Assembly (NCBI RefSeq): GCF_011386835.1
Contig: NC_088803.1
Coordinates: 5,518,001-5,582,000, forward strand
DNA length: 64,000 nucleotides
Direction of reading: 5' to 3'
From: Chrysemys picta bellii
Taxonomy: Eukaryota
Part shown: positions 12,301 to 22,919 of the stretch, one piece after another
Layout: the number at the start of each line of letters is the position of its first letter
Position numbering within the stretch: position 1 is the stretch's first letter
The notes under the pieces: generated by a model
Databases searched by the model: none
The model's input: only the letters and a program-made list of their open reading frames with translations
Told to the model about the DNA's origin: nothing
Position numbers and translations under genes: made by a program

Positions 12301-13617
12301 AGAACCAAACCCAACGTTGGCTGTCTAATGCAACCACCGCTGCCCAATCAAATTCTACCGCACAACTCAGCCAAAACCCAGCCCAACGTCGGCTGTCCAG
12401 TCCAACCACGACTGCCCAATCCAGTTCAATTGCACAACTCAACTACAAGCCAGCCCAACATTGGCTGCCCAATCTAACCGCCACCACGCAATCCAATTCC
12501 ATCACACAACTCAACTAGAACCCAGTCCCACGTCAGCTGTCCAACACAACCACCACTGCCCAATCCAATTCACTACACAGCACAACTAAAACCCAACCCA
12601 ATGTTGGCTGCCCAACTCAACCACTGCCACCCAGTCGAATTCCTTTGCAAAACTCAACTACAACTGAAGCAAACAACCGCCACCCAATCTAATTCTACTT
12701 TGTAACTCAACAACCTAATCCAGTGTAGACTGTCGAACTCAACATCTGCCATACAACCCACTCCCTCCATGCAACTCGTCAACTCAACCCAATGTTGACT
12801 GTCCAACACAACGACTGCCAACCAACCTATTCCACCATATATCTCAGACACAACTCAACTCAACATCGATCATCCAATCCAATCCAATCCAGTGCTAGCA
12901 CAACATTCACTCTCCAACCAAACTGTGTCCCTAAACCACAACTCCACCAACCATGAACTGTCCAACAGAACATCCACACAAAGCCCTGCCCCCCACATTG
13001 GTGATAGAGTGGGATTTCCCCAAACCTCAACCACCCTGAATTTGTGGTAGCAAGAGGATCCCCCCAAGCCTCAACCCCTCATTTGTGGTAGCTATGGGAT
13101 CTCCCCAAACCCCACTCCCCATTGGAGTCAGCAGTAAGATCTCCCCAAACCCCTGCCCCTCCGTTGGTGGGGGAAGTGGGATCTCCCCAAGCCCCGCCCC
13201 CCGCTGGTCGGAGCAGTGGGATCTCCCCAAGCCCCGCCCCCCCGTTGGTGGGGGCAGGGAGATCTCCCCAAGCCCCGCCCTCCGCTGCTGGCGGCAGTTG
13301 GCTCTACCCCGGGCCTCCCCCCACCCTTGTGCCCCCCGGGCTCCCCCTTTCCCCGCCCCCAGTCCGTGCGAGGGTGGGATCCCCGCGCATGCGTGTTGGC
13401 TCCCCCCGGGGCCCCGGGCCCGGTGCCGGGCGGGGAGCGGGGGTCCCCCCGCGCATGCGCGCTGCGCCCCGCGCCTCACCCCGCGGAGCCGCTTGATGAG
13501 CGCGCTCTTCTGGCCGCTCTTGGCCAGGCCGCGCTGCTGCAGGGCCGCCTTCAGGTCGGCGACCCGCAGCGCCTGCAGCGGCCTCCCGTCCAGAGTCACC
13601 TCCTCCCCGTCCGCCAT
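347..13617 (-). CDS. ACIN1: Apoptotic chromatin condensation inducer 1 (Acinus-L), 3' part outside window
   Basis: GT-AG exons with consistent phases: 13480-13617 ([49 protein letters not shown] domain), 10090-10155 ([22 protein letters not shown]), 8072-8183 ([18 protein letters not shown]...), 6803-6897 (...[19 protein letters not shown]), 4653-6236 (ARAAKPPEG...acidic tract...RS-rich end), 2529-2693 (SRSPDAS...[11 protein letters not shown]), 2238-2323 and 347-488 ([11 protein letters not shown]...EDEERKE). They total 2388 nt = 796 codons in frame. Peptides match human ACIN1 as recalled. The human exon-4 equivalent was not identified. Confidence 0.95.
520..1250. repeat. C-rich minisatellite (ACIN1 intron)
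   Basis: Repeating CCCCAGAGCCTTCACCCCTGCCCCTCCCAGAGCCCCAGCCCCTTC blocks. Confidence 0.9.
1330..2130 (-). promoter_or_regulatory. Intragenic CpG island / putative internal promoter of ACIN1 short isoform
   Basis: CpG-dense; YY1-like AAAATGGCCG at 1601-1610 (- strand); upstream ~30-bp tandem repeat carrying about a dozen CCCCGCCCC GC boxes. Confidence 0.6.
1501..1523 (-). CDS. ACIN1: Putative alternative first coding exon of short Acinus isoform (MPGPRPRG-)
   Basis: Perfect Kozak GCCGCCGCCATG in a CpG island; 23 nt then GTGAGA donor in phase 2, matching the phase-2 acceptor of exon 347-488. Human Acinus-S likewise starts with an 8-residue leader (MLSESKEG) spliced to EEKEEV. Confidence 0.65.
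2970..3215 (-). mobile_element. CR1 LINE 3' fragment (ORF2 end and 3' UTR), decayed
   Basis: - strand [10 protein letters not shown] motif of the CR1 ORF2 C-terminus, followed by GATGGCTATTAGCCAAG..., CTTGATGATTGCCC and other CR1 3' UTR-like blocks. Confidence 0.6.
5064..5651 (-). repeat. Coding 33-bp tandem repeat (18 x 11 aa, [11 protein letters not shown]-like) in the ACIN1 large exon
   Basis: Direct count in the translation: 17 full units plus one 9-aa unit. Confidence 0.95.
6340..6790. repeat. ~39-bp GC-rich minisatellite (ACIN1 intron)
   Basis: Repeating CCCTGGTGAGCCCCCGCCCGGCTCCCTGCAGCCCGGCGCC. Confidence 0.9.
8330..9960 (+). repeat. 73-74-bp tandem array of tRNA/SINE-head-like units (~22 copies)
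   Basis: Unit GGCAGTGGGCTCCAGTGGTTAGGGCAGGGGGGCTGGGAGCCAGGACTCCTGGGTTCTCTCCCGGCTCTGGGAA. Confidence 0.9.
11530..12950. repeat. Degenerate ~60-bp CA-rich minisatellite (ACIN1 intron 1)
   Basis: Recurring CCCAATCCARTTC..CACAACTCAACTAGAACCCAGCCCAAC..GGCTG(T/C)CC. Confidence 0.8.
13060..13300. repeat. ~42-bp repeat (GGGATCTCCCCAAGCCCCGCCCC)
   Basis: About 6 copies near the ACIN1 exon-1 donor. Confidence 0.75.
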
Positions 13618-13619
13618 CT

Positions 13620-14194
13620 TGTGTGGCGCCGCTGCCGGCCTCCTCCCTCGCCCGGCCAGGGCCCGCTCGGCAACTTCCGGCCGTACTTCGGCTCTTTCCG
13701 GAGACGCTCGGCCGGCTCCGGGCCGCCCCGCGCGCGACTTCGGCTCTTTCCGGCGCCACTCGGCGCCCTTCGCCCACCCGGAAGTCCCCGCCTCGGCTCT
13801 TCGGGTCTTTCCGGACTCGCTTCGGTCCGCGCCGGCGCCATCGCGCACCCGGAAGTGCGCTTCGGGACTTTCCGTCATTCCTCGGGAGCTTTCGGGTTGC
13901 GGCACGGGACCTGGAAGTGAGGTCCAGAAGGGCTCGGGTGCATCCGTCCTTACTCGGAAAACATCGAGCACGTCCGGCACCGACTCGGTTCCGTCACTGC
14001 GCATGCGCCGGAGGGCGGCCGTTCGGACGCGCTCGGTTATTTCCGCCGCCAGCCGATGGCGCGTCCGTGCGCTCGGGCCGCTCCGGAACCGCTCGTGTAC
14101 TTCCGCCCGACACTTGCGGGCGGGGCCACGGTGAAAACGAGGCTGGGCCGGGGGCTACGCGTGGAGACGCCTGACGGTCGCGGAACGGACCCGG
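13620..14194. promoter_or_regulatory. Bidirectional CpG-island promoter of ACIN1 and C14orf119, including C14orf119 non-coding exon 1
   Basis: ETS/GABP CCGGAAGT at 13673-13680 (-), 13778-13785 and 13849-13856; NRF1 TGCGCATGCGC at 13998-14008; YY1 AAGATGGCGG over the ACIN1 ATG; + strand donor CGG|GTGAGG after 14194. Confidence 0.8.
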
Positions 14195-14249
14195 GTGAGG
14201 ACTGAGCTCTCCCCCGGCCGGGCTCTGTCCCCCTCCCTGCCCCAGGAGG

Positions 14250-14530
14250 CGGGGCTAACAGCATCGGGACGGGGCTATCCCGGGGGCGGGTCTGTGTCCG
14301 GGGTCGGGGATGTGTCCAGGGGCGGGGCTAACAGCACAGGGGCGGGGCTGTACCCAGGAGGGCGGAGCTAACAGCACAGGGGCGGGGTTGTACCCAGGAG
14401 GGCGGAGCTAACAGCATAGGGGCGGGTCTGTACCCAGGAGGGCGGAGCTAACAGCATAGGGGCGGGTCTGTACCCAGGAGGGCGGAGCTAACAGCAAAGG
14501 GGCGGGGCTGTGCCCAGGAGGGGGGGCTAT
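14250..14530. repeat. ~41-bp repeat with GC boxes (C14orf119 intron 1)
   Basis: Repeating GGGCGGAGCTAACAGCATAGGGGCGGGTCTGTACCCAGGA. Confidence 0.85.
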
Positions 14531-14616
14531 CCCCAGGGGATGGGGCTAACCGCACTGGGGCTGGGCTGTGCATGGGGTGGGGGCTCTGACCCCGGCGCTG
14601 ACCCCTCTCTCCCCAG

Positions 14617-14970
14617 ATGGCGGAGCGCCCCCTGCCGGCGCGTGGGGTGGCCCAGGAGATGCGCTGTGTCCTGCACTGGTTCTCGGGCTGGGCGCCCCCC
14701 CAGCGCCAGCGCTTCCTGCGGGACCTGCTGGCCAAGGCTGTGCCCGGCAAGCTGCGCCCCCTGCTGGAGGAGCTGGAGGGGCTGAGCCTCTCCGGGGCAC
14801 CCGCCCCGCCCCCCTCCCTCTTCCAGTGCCAGCTGCGCCTCTGGGACCAGTGGTTCCGGGGCTGGAGCGAGCCGGAGCGCAACCACTTCCTGGCCCGGCT
14901 GGAGCAGGTCGACCCGGACTTCGCCGCCCACTTCTATTGCCAGCTGGCGGCCACCGCCGGGCAGGAATAG
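14617..14970 (+). CDS. C14orf119: C14orf119 homolog (117 aa, single coding exon)
   Basis: QEMRCVLHWFSGW...QRQRFLRDLLAKAVPGKL...SLFQCQLRLWDQWFRGWSEPERNHF...DPDFAAHFY...AATAGQE matches the human protein as recalled. The ATG directly follows the acceptor ctctccccag. The divergent arrangement with ACIN1 is as in human. Confidence 0.93.
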   Translation: MAERPLPARGVAQEMRCVLHWFSGWAPPQRQRFLRDLLAKAVPGKLRPLLEELEGLSLSGAPAPPPSLFQCQLRLWDQWFRGWSEPERNHFLARLEQVDPDFAAHFYCQLAATAGQE

Positions 14971-15879
14971 GTGGCTGGGGGCTGCCCCCCGGCGCCGCAC
15001 CAGGGACCCCCTTCCCGGTCTGCGCTGGGGGGTGAAACCCCCCCCACATCTGCTCACCAGCCTCCATTCCGCGGAAGCAGTTTACGTAGGACCTACCGTA
15101 AGCTGGCATGTTTACAGAGCACCTGCAAAACGTCACCAGCAGGGGGCTCTGTGACAACCCCTTCCCCAGTGTGGCTGGATGAGCCTCGATTTCATTGAGG
15201 ACTTCTGTTTATGTGGGTCCTACAGTAAGTCGGCCTGTTGACGTGGGACCGAGAAGAAGTCGGCAGCTGTGGGAAAGGCGTCTCTCAGGATGCACATCGC
15301 TGTCCTCAGGTGACAATAAGTGAGTCTGTTTCTGTAGGGCCTACACATCATTGTATCAGCCAGCCACGTGCCCAGCGGGCGACCCGCTCCGTGCCAGCCT
15401 CCAGGCCAGTCACCACGGTGGCATCTGTTGATATAGTCCCTACAATGCTTTCCGCGCCTCACCCGCAGCATGAGCTACACCAGTGGCAGTTTCTTCATGG
15501 GGACTCGTTTACATAGGACCTACAGGCCTGTCCTGAGTGCCTGGAGCAGCCAGCGGAGGCCCGGGGAGGAGGACCGGGGGGGGGGGGGGTCACCGAGTTG
15601 TTTATAAACAGTGAATGGGTCCAAAAGCACCAACACAGCACCCCATGTGGTCTGTTCACAGCGCTGCCATGCGTGGGGGCTGGGAGACAGGACTCCTGGG
15701 TTCTTTCCCACCTCTGGGACGGGGCTGGTGGGTTAGAGCAGGGGGGTTGGGAGCCAGACTCCTGGGTTCTCTCCCAGGCTCTGGGAAGGGGGTGGGGTCT
15801 GGTGGTTAGAGCAGGGGGCCTGGGAGCCAGGACTTCTGAGTTCTCTCCCGGCTGTGGGAGGGGAGCACAGAGGGTGAGG

Positions 15880-17270
15880 GTTTCCCTGGTTGGGGTGGGG
15901 GTGCAGAGGGGGTGGGGGAGGGGAGGTGCAGAGTCGGGGAGGGAAGAGGGAAGCGGCATAGAGGGGGCAAACAGGGCGGGGGAGGGGAGGTGCAGAGTCT
16001 GGGGGGAAGGGGAAGCGGCGTAGAGGGGGCAAACAGGGCGGGGGGGGAGGTGCAGAGTCGGGGGAGGGGGAAGCGGCATAGAGGGGGGCGCACAGGGCGG
16101 GGGAGGGGAGGTGCAGAGTCGGGGGAAGAGGGAAGCGGCATAGAGGGGGCGCACAGGGCGTGGGAGGGGAAGTGCAGAGTCGGGGGGGGAAGGGGGAAGC
16201 CTTGTAGAGGGGGATGCACAGGGCGGGGGAGGGGAGGTGCAGGGGTGGGGGAGGGAAGAGGGAAGCGGCATAGAGGGGGCAAACAGGGCGGGGGAGGGGA
16301 GGTGCAGAGTCAGGAGGGGAAGGGGGAAGCGGTGCAGAGGGGGGCGCACAAGGCGGCAGAGGGGAGGTGCAGAGTCGGGGAGGGAAGGGGAAGCGGCGTA
16401 GAGGGGGCAAACGGGGAGGGGAGGTGCAGAGTCGGGGGAGGGGGGAAACGGCGTAGAGGGGGGCGCACAGGGCGGGGGAGGGGAGGTGCAGAGTCGGGGG
16501 AGGGGGGAAATGGTGTAGAGGGGGATGCACAGGGCGGGGGAGGGGAGGTGCAGAGTCGGGGGAGGGGGAAGCGGTGTAGAGGGGGCGCACAGGGCGGGGG
16601 AGGGGAGGTGCAGAGTCAGGGGAGGGGGGAAATGGTGTAGAGGGGGGCACACAGGGCGGGGGAGGGGAGGTGCAGAGTCTGGGGGGAAGGGGAAGCGGCG
16701 TAGAGGGGGCGCACAGGGCGGGGGAGGGGAGGTGCAGAGTCGGGGGAGGGGAAGCGGTGTAGAGGGGGTGCACAGGGCGGGGAAGGGGAGGTGCAGAGTT
16801 GGGGGGGAAGGGGGAAGCCACGTAGCGGGGGATGCACAGGGTGGGGGAGGGGAGGTGCAGAGTCGGGGGGGGAAGGGGGAAGCCGCGTAGAGGGGGATGC
16901 ACAGGGCGGTGGAGGGGAGGTGCAGAGTCGGGGGAGGGGAAGCGGTGTAGAGGGGGCGCACAGGGCGGGGGAGGGGAGGTGCAGAGTCAGGGGAGGGGAA
17001 GCGGCGTAGAGGGGGCGCACAGGGCGGGGGAGGGGAGGTGCAGAGTCAGGGGAGGGGAAGCGGCGTAGAGGGGGCGCACAGGGCGGGGAAGGGGAGGTGC
17101 AGAGTCGGGGGGGAAGGGGGAAGCCGCGTAGCGGGGGATGCACAGGGTGGGGGAGGGGAGGTGCAGAGTCGGGGGGGGAAGGGGGAAGCCGCGTAGAGGG
17201 GGATGCACAGGGCGGTGGAGGGAAGGTGCTGAGTTGGGAGGGGGAAGCGGCGTAGAGGGGGCGCATGGGG
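15880..17270. repeat. ~59-bp G-rich minisatellite
   Basis: Repeating GGGGAGGGGAGGTGCAGAGTCGGGGGAGGGGAAGCGGCGTAGAGGGGGCGCACAGGGCG. Confidence 0.95.
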
Positions 17271-17574
17271 GGGTAGGGGATCTCCCAGCTCCGCCCTGCG
17301 GGTGGCGAGAGCCTGGCCGGGAGTTTCGCAAACCCGGGGGGGCCTCGGGGTAACGGCCTGTTTCACAATTAGGTGCAATCTCCCCGGCCGGGGGGGGATC
17401 TGGGGGACGGGAGGACATGGGGGACGCTCCACCCCTGCGGGGGACAGTGTCTCTGCCCCACCCCCCCAGGAAGGTCTGGAGGTTGAGACACCGACCGCGG
17501 GCTGAACCAACCGGCATTGCACAACGCCACGGCCGGGGGAGGGGCGACCGGCCAGAGCACAGGACCCAGGCGTC

Positions 17575-17870
17575 CGGGCCAGTGCCCTGCAGGTCCCGCA
17601 TCGCTCCCAGGCCAGCAGAGAGAGCCTGGGATGGGACCCAGGCGACCGGGCCAGCCCCCGCGGGTCCCCCATCGCTCCCAGGCCAGCAGAGAGCCTGGGA
17701 TGGGACCCAGGCATCCGGGCCACCACCCCACGGGTCCCCCATCGCTCCCAGGCCAGCAGAGAGAGCCTGGGATGGGGCCCAGGCATCCGGACCAGCCCCC
17801 GCGGGTCCCCCATCACTCCCAGGCCATCAGAGAGAGCCTGCGATGGGACCCAGGCATCCGGGCCAGCCCA
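17575..17870. repeat. ~60-bp repeat, degenerate inverse relative of the SINE-head unit
   Basis: Repeating CCCAGGCCAGCAGAGAGCCTGGGATGGGACCCAGGCATCCGGGCC. Confidence 0.7.
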
Positions 17871-18189
17871 GTGCAGTCCAGGCAGGGGTTGGGGGGCAGC
17901 GAGCCAGCCTGACTGGGATCCCCCCAGCTTTGGGGGTCCCCTGCTCAGGCCCCCCATTCCATGCCCCCTAATTTGGGTGACCTCCCTGCATTTGTGGCTG
18001 GACCAGGGTTGCTGTCCTGCTCCTGGCCCGGCTGTGTCTCTGCCTCAGTTTCCCACAATGCCCCGCAGCCCAGGGTTTCTCGTCCGACCCCGCCTGCCCC
18101 CTGCGGCTCCACGTCCTTCCCTGGGGGGGTGGTGGCGAATGGAGACTATGGGGCGCTGGGCCCCTGAAATGGGTGAGAAATCCTGTGAA

Positions 18190-19695
18190 GGTGACCCCGG
18201 GGACCAGCAATCGGTGCCCTGCCCCGCCCCCCACAGATCACCGGGATAGTGACCCTGGGGACCAGCGATCGGTGCCCTGCCCCCCACAGATCACCGGGAC
18301 ATTGACCCCGGGGACCAGCAATCGGTGCCCTGCCCCGCTCCCCACAGATCATCGGGACAGTGACCCTGGGGACCAGCGATCGGTGCCCTGCCCCGCCCCC
18401 CACAGATCACCGGGACAGTGACCCTGGGGACCAGCGATCGGTGCCCCGCCCCCCACAGATCACCGGGACAGTGACCCCGGGGACCAGCGAACGGTGCCCC
18501 GCCCCCCACAGATCACCGGGACAGTGACCCCGGGGACCAGCGATCGCTGCCCCGCCCCCCACAGATCACCGGGACAGTGACCCTGGGGACCAGCGATCGG
18601 TGTCCCGCCCCCCACAGATCACCGGGACAGTGACCCCGGGGACCAGCGATCGGTGCCCTGCCCCGCTCCCCACAGATCATCGGGACAGTGACCCCGGGGA
18701 CCAGCAAGCGGTGCCCTGCCCCGCCCCCCACAGATCACCGGGACAGTGACCCTGGGGACCAGCGATCGGTGCCCCGCCCCCCACAGATCACCGGGACAGT
18801 GACCCCGGGGACCAGCGATCGGTGCCCGCCCCCCACAGATCACCGGGACAGTGACCCCGGGGACCAGCGATCGCTGCCCCGCCCCCCACAGATCACCGGG
18901 ACAGTGACCCTGGGGACCAGCGATCGGTGTCCCGCCCCCCACAGATCACCGGGACAGTGACCCTGCGGACCAGCGATCGGTGCCCCGCCCCCCACAGATC
19001 ACCGGGACAGTGACCCCGGGGACCAGCGATCGGTGCCCCGCCCCTGCCCCCCACAGATCACCGGGACAGTGACCCCGGGGAGCAGCGATTGGTGCCCTCC
19101 CCCGCACAGATCACCGGGACAGTGACCCCGGGGATCAGCGATCGGTGCCTTCCCCCACAGATCACCAGGACAGTGACCCCGGGGAGCAGCAATCGGTGCC
19201 CCCGCCCCCAGATCACCGGGACAGTGACCCCGGGGACCAGCGATTGGCGCCCCCTACCCCGTCCCCCACAGTTCACCAGGACAGTGACCCCGGGGACCAG
19301 CGATCACTGCCCCCCCCCGCACAGATCACCGGGACAGTGACCCCGGGGACCAGCGATTGGCGCCCCGCCCCCCACAGATCACCGGGACAGTGACCCCGGG
19401 GACCAGCGATCACTGCCCCCCCCGCACAGTTCACCGGGACAGTGACCCTGGGGACCAGCGATGGGTGCCCTCCCCCGCACAGATCACCGGGACAGTGACC
19501 CCGGGGACCAGCGATGGGTGCCCCCCCCCGAGATCACTGGGACAGTGACCCTGGGGACCAGTGATCGCTGCCTCCCCCCCCAGATCACCGGGACAGTGAC
19601 CCCGGGGACCAGCGATTGGTGCCCTCCCCCGCAGATCACCAGGACAGTGACCCCGGGGACCAGCGATTGGCGCCCCGCCCCCCACAGATCACCAG
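18190..19695. repeat. ~55-bp minisatellite immediately 3' of CEBPE
   Basis: Repeating CCCCACAGATCACCGGGACAGTGACCCCGGGGACCAGCGATCGGTGCCCCGCC. Confidence 0.95.
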
Positions 19696-19713
19696 GCCGG
19701 GCGTGTCAGCGGG

Positions 19714-19719
19714 TTTATT
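19714..19719 (-). promoter_or_regulatory. Polyadenylation signal AATAAA of CEBPE
   Basis: AATAAA on - strand 7 nt after the stop codon. Confidence 0.6.
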
Positions 19720-19726
19720 GGGTGGC

Positions 19727-20928
19727 TCAGCTGCAGGCCCCCAGCCCCTTGCCCAGCATGGCGGCCTCGGGCACCTGGCGGAACAGGGCCCGGAGCGTGT
19801 CGAGCTCCTGGCTCAGCTGTGCCACCCGGCTCTGCAGCCGCTCGTTCTCCGCCGCCAGCTCCAGCACCCGCTGCTGCGTCTCCAGCACCCGCCGCTTGGC
19901 CTTGTCCCGGCTCTTGCGCACGGCAATGTTGTTCCGCTCCCGGCGCAGCCGGTACTCCAGGCTGTCCTTGTTCACCGCCTTCTTCCCCTTCCCCGGGCCC
20001 GGCGAGGCCAGCAGTGGGCTGCAAGGGGGACCCTGGGGAGAGAAACGGCCAGGTGGGATTGCGGGTCAGGAGTGAGGGGCACTGTGGGGCGTGGGGGGCT
20101 GCAGGAGGGGAGCGGGAGGGCGCTGGGGTCTGCGAGTCGGGAGTGAGGGGCACCGTGGGGGGGAGCAGGAGGGTGCTGGGGGGGCTGCAGGTCGGGAGTG
20201 AGGGGGACCGTGGGGGACAGCAGGAGGGAACTGGGGGGGGCTGCGTGTCGGGAGTGAGGGGCATGGGGGGCTGCAGGAGGGCGCTGGGGGGCTGCGGGTC
20301 GAGAGTGAGGGGCACCGTGGGGGACAGCAGGAGGGAACTGGGGGGGGCTGCGTGTCGGGAGTGAGGGGCACCGAGGGGCATGGGGGGCTGCAGGAGGGCG
20401 CTGGGGGGCTGCGGGTCGAGAGTGAGGGGCACCGTGGGGGACAGCAGGAGGGAACTGGGGGGGGCTGCGTGTTGGGAGTGAGGGGCGCCGTGGGGGGGAG
20501 CAGGAGGGCGCTGGGGGGCTGTGGGTCAGGAGTGACGGGCACCTTACCTTGAGTGTGCGCAGGGCCGGGCCGGTGCCCCCCGGTGGCAGGCTGATGGCAG
20601 TTTGCCCGCAATGCGCCACCTGGAAGGGCAGGGGGTTGTAGCTGCTGCGGCGCCCGGGCTCCGCCCCCCGTGGCTCCTCCTTCACCAGGGCGCTGTAGCC
20701 CTTGTGGGGGCTCCCGTAGCCCCAGGGCTCCCCCTGCAAGTAGCCCGGGAAGGGGGTGCTCTTCGGCGCCCGCTGCGGGGGGCCCTGCAGAAGCTCCGAC
20801 AGCAGCTGCTCATCGCCAATGTAGGCAGCCAGATCGATGGAGCCCTCGTGCTCCCCGAGTGCCCCCATCTCTGATGCCATGGGCCGCGGGGGGGCCCTCT
20901 CGCAATCGTAGAACCCCCCCTGCGACAT
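19727..20928 (-). CDS. CEBPE: CCAAT/enhancer-binding protein epsilon (228 aa)
   Basis: Exon 20548-20928 ([10 protein letters not shown]...[12 protein letters not shown]...VKEEPRG...[20 protein letters not shown]), GTAAGG donor; exon 19727-20032 ([34 protein letters not shown] bZIP, ending GACS*). Syntenic position next to SLC7A8. Confidence 0.96.
20060..20535. repeat. CEBPE intron minisatellite of the dispersed GGGCTGCGGGTCGGGAGTGAGGGGCACC family
   Basis: The same core recurs at 22290-22490, 31310-31600, 34060-34290 and 40098-40960. Confidence 0.85.
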
Positions 20929-20939
20929 GGTGTGCTGTC

Positions 20940-21480
20940 TCCCTCCGCTCGCCTCTCGCTCGCTCCTTCGCCTCTCGGGCCTCGCTCGCTCCTTCGCCTC
21001 TCTCCCTCGGCTCGCCTCTCGCTCACTCCTTCGCCTCTCGGGCCTCGCTCGCTCCTTCGCCTCTCTCCCTCCGCTCGCCTCTCGCTCGCTCCTTCGCCTC
21101 TCGGGCCTCGCTCGCTCCTTCGCCTCTCTCCCTCCGCTCGCCTCTCGCTCGCTCCTTCGCCTCTCGGGCCTCGCTCGCTCCTTCGCCTCTCTCCCTCCGC
21201 TCGCTCGCTCCTTCGCCTCTCTCCCTCCGCTCGCCTCTCGCTCGCTCCTTCGCCTCTCGGGCCTCGCTCGCTCCTTCGCCTCTCTCCCTCCGCTCGCTCG
21301 CTCCTTCGCCTCTCTCCCTCCGCTCGCCTCTCGCTCGCTCCTTCGCCTCTCGGGCCTGGCTTGCTCCTTCGCCTCTCTCCCTCCGCTCGCTCGCTCCTTC
21401 GCCTCTCTCCCTCCGCTCGCCTCTCGCTCGCTCCTTCGCTTCTCGGTCCTCGCTCGCTCCTTCGCCTCTCTCCCTCCGCT
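20940..21480. repeat. CT-rich repeat directly upstream of the CEBPE ATG
   Basis: Repeating CTCGCTCGCTCCTTCGCCTCTCTCCCTCCGCTCGCCT. Confidence 0.9.
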
Positions 21481-22919
21481 CACCACTCGCTCAAACCTCT
21501 GTGCCCTCAGTCACTTTCTCATTTGTTTCTCTCTTGTTCTCTCTCTCGTTCCTTCCTTCCTCGCAGGCTGCGTCTGCCACTTCTTCTTGCCTCTCTTCCT
21601 CTTTTTCACGCCAATTTGTTCCTTCGTTTCTTTCTCTCCGTTAGTCACTTTCTACTTCGTTCCCCTCTCCGCCTGTTCGTTGCTTTCTTGGGTTTCCGTC
21701 TCTTGCTGATTTTCTCTCTCTCCTTTTTCTCGGATTCGTTCCTTTTCTCTCTCTCCGTCAGCCCCTTTCTCCTGCTGTCTTTCCTCCCCTCTGTCTGGGT
21801 CTAATCCAGACACCCCCCCAACCTCCCGGAGTCCTTTGTACCTTCTCTCTCTTCTCTCGGCCCTGGTTCGTTCCCTCTCTCCGTCCGGGGCTCTGTCTCG
21901 CTCCCCAGCTTCTCTACCCAGCTCTGCCTCCTTCTCTCTCTCTGCGTCTCTCTCTCGTTCCCCCCATCCCCCCGCCCCCCTTTTCCTTCCTCTTTCCGAC
22001 GGGCTCCCCGGCTCCCCCTGCTGATGGCCCCAGTGGCCCCCACCCTGCGACAGCCCCAGAGAGGGGGCCCCCTTCCCTGCCCCCCAAAGGGGCTGGGCTG
22101 ATGGCAGGGTCGTCTCCCCTCAATATTCGGGGGAGCCCAGGGGGCCATAGCACCAACTCCTCCCTATGCCCCCCCTTTTCAAATAACACCCCAACTTCAC
22201 CTCTCACAGCCCCCAGTCCCGCCCCATGGCCCCCAAGCCACACCCACTGATTGACTCCGCCCTCTGCCCCCCAGCTCAGCGGTGCCCCTCACTTGCAACC
22301 TGCAGCCCCTGATAGCCCAGCCCTGAGGGTGCCCCTCACTCCTGATCCGCAGCTCCCTGCTAGCCCAGCCCTGCCCCCCACACCCTGCCAGCGCCCCTCA
22401 CTCCCAACCCGCAGCCCCTGCTACCCAGCCCTGCCCACCCCGCTGTCCTGCCGGTGCCCCTCACTCCCGACCCGCAGCCCCTGCTAGCCCAACGCTGGGC
22501 TTCCCACCCCTCGCCCCATACAATTGCCCTGGGCCCGTCAAGCCGGTGGGGCAGGCCTGGGGTGTGAGGGCCATCACTGGCCACAAGGTGGCACCATTAC
22601 ATGAAAAATCCCATTCCAGGTGCTGTGGGGAGGCCACTGGCTGGGTGGGGGGAAGCTCCTGGCATGGGGTGGGCACTATGGGTCAGGGATCACTAGGTGT
22701 GAGTGGGGGGTTCGTGCAGTGGGGGGCACTGGCTGGGGGTGTAGGTCCCAGCAGGGGGTGCTGGAAGGTGCTAGGTGTGTGGGGGTGTCCCAGCAGGAGA
22801 TGCTGGGGGGCACTGACTGGGGGGTGAGCTCCTAGCAGCGGGGGCTATGGGGTGGGCAGCACTGGCTGTGGGTGTAGGCTCCAGCAGGGAGGATTATGAG
22901 GGTCTCAATAGGGGGCGCT

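Noticed and set aside
13618-14004. Upstream in-frame ATG extending ACIN1 by 129 codons
   Set aside because: The ATG is part of the NRF1 motif and probably upstream of the TSS; the extension does not resemble the human one.
15140-15540. Possible CIROP/LMLN2 remnant
   Set aside because: Translations show no peptidase similarity. Three internal direct repeats (TGTAGG.CC.AC..AAAC.GA) suggest a TE fragment or UTR.
18190-19695. CRISPR-like regular arrays (also 32275-33370, 34500-34960)
   Set aside because: Head-to-tail minisatellites without unique spacers, in a vertebrate genome with no cas genes.
20929-21486. 186-codon in-frame N-terminal extension of CEBPE (SGGREAKERA repeats)
   Set aside because: The ORF starts at GTG, has no ATG and is simply a stop-free purine-rich repeat. 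The conserved start is 20928.
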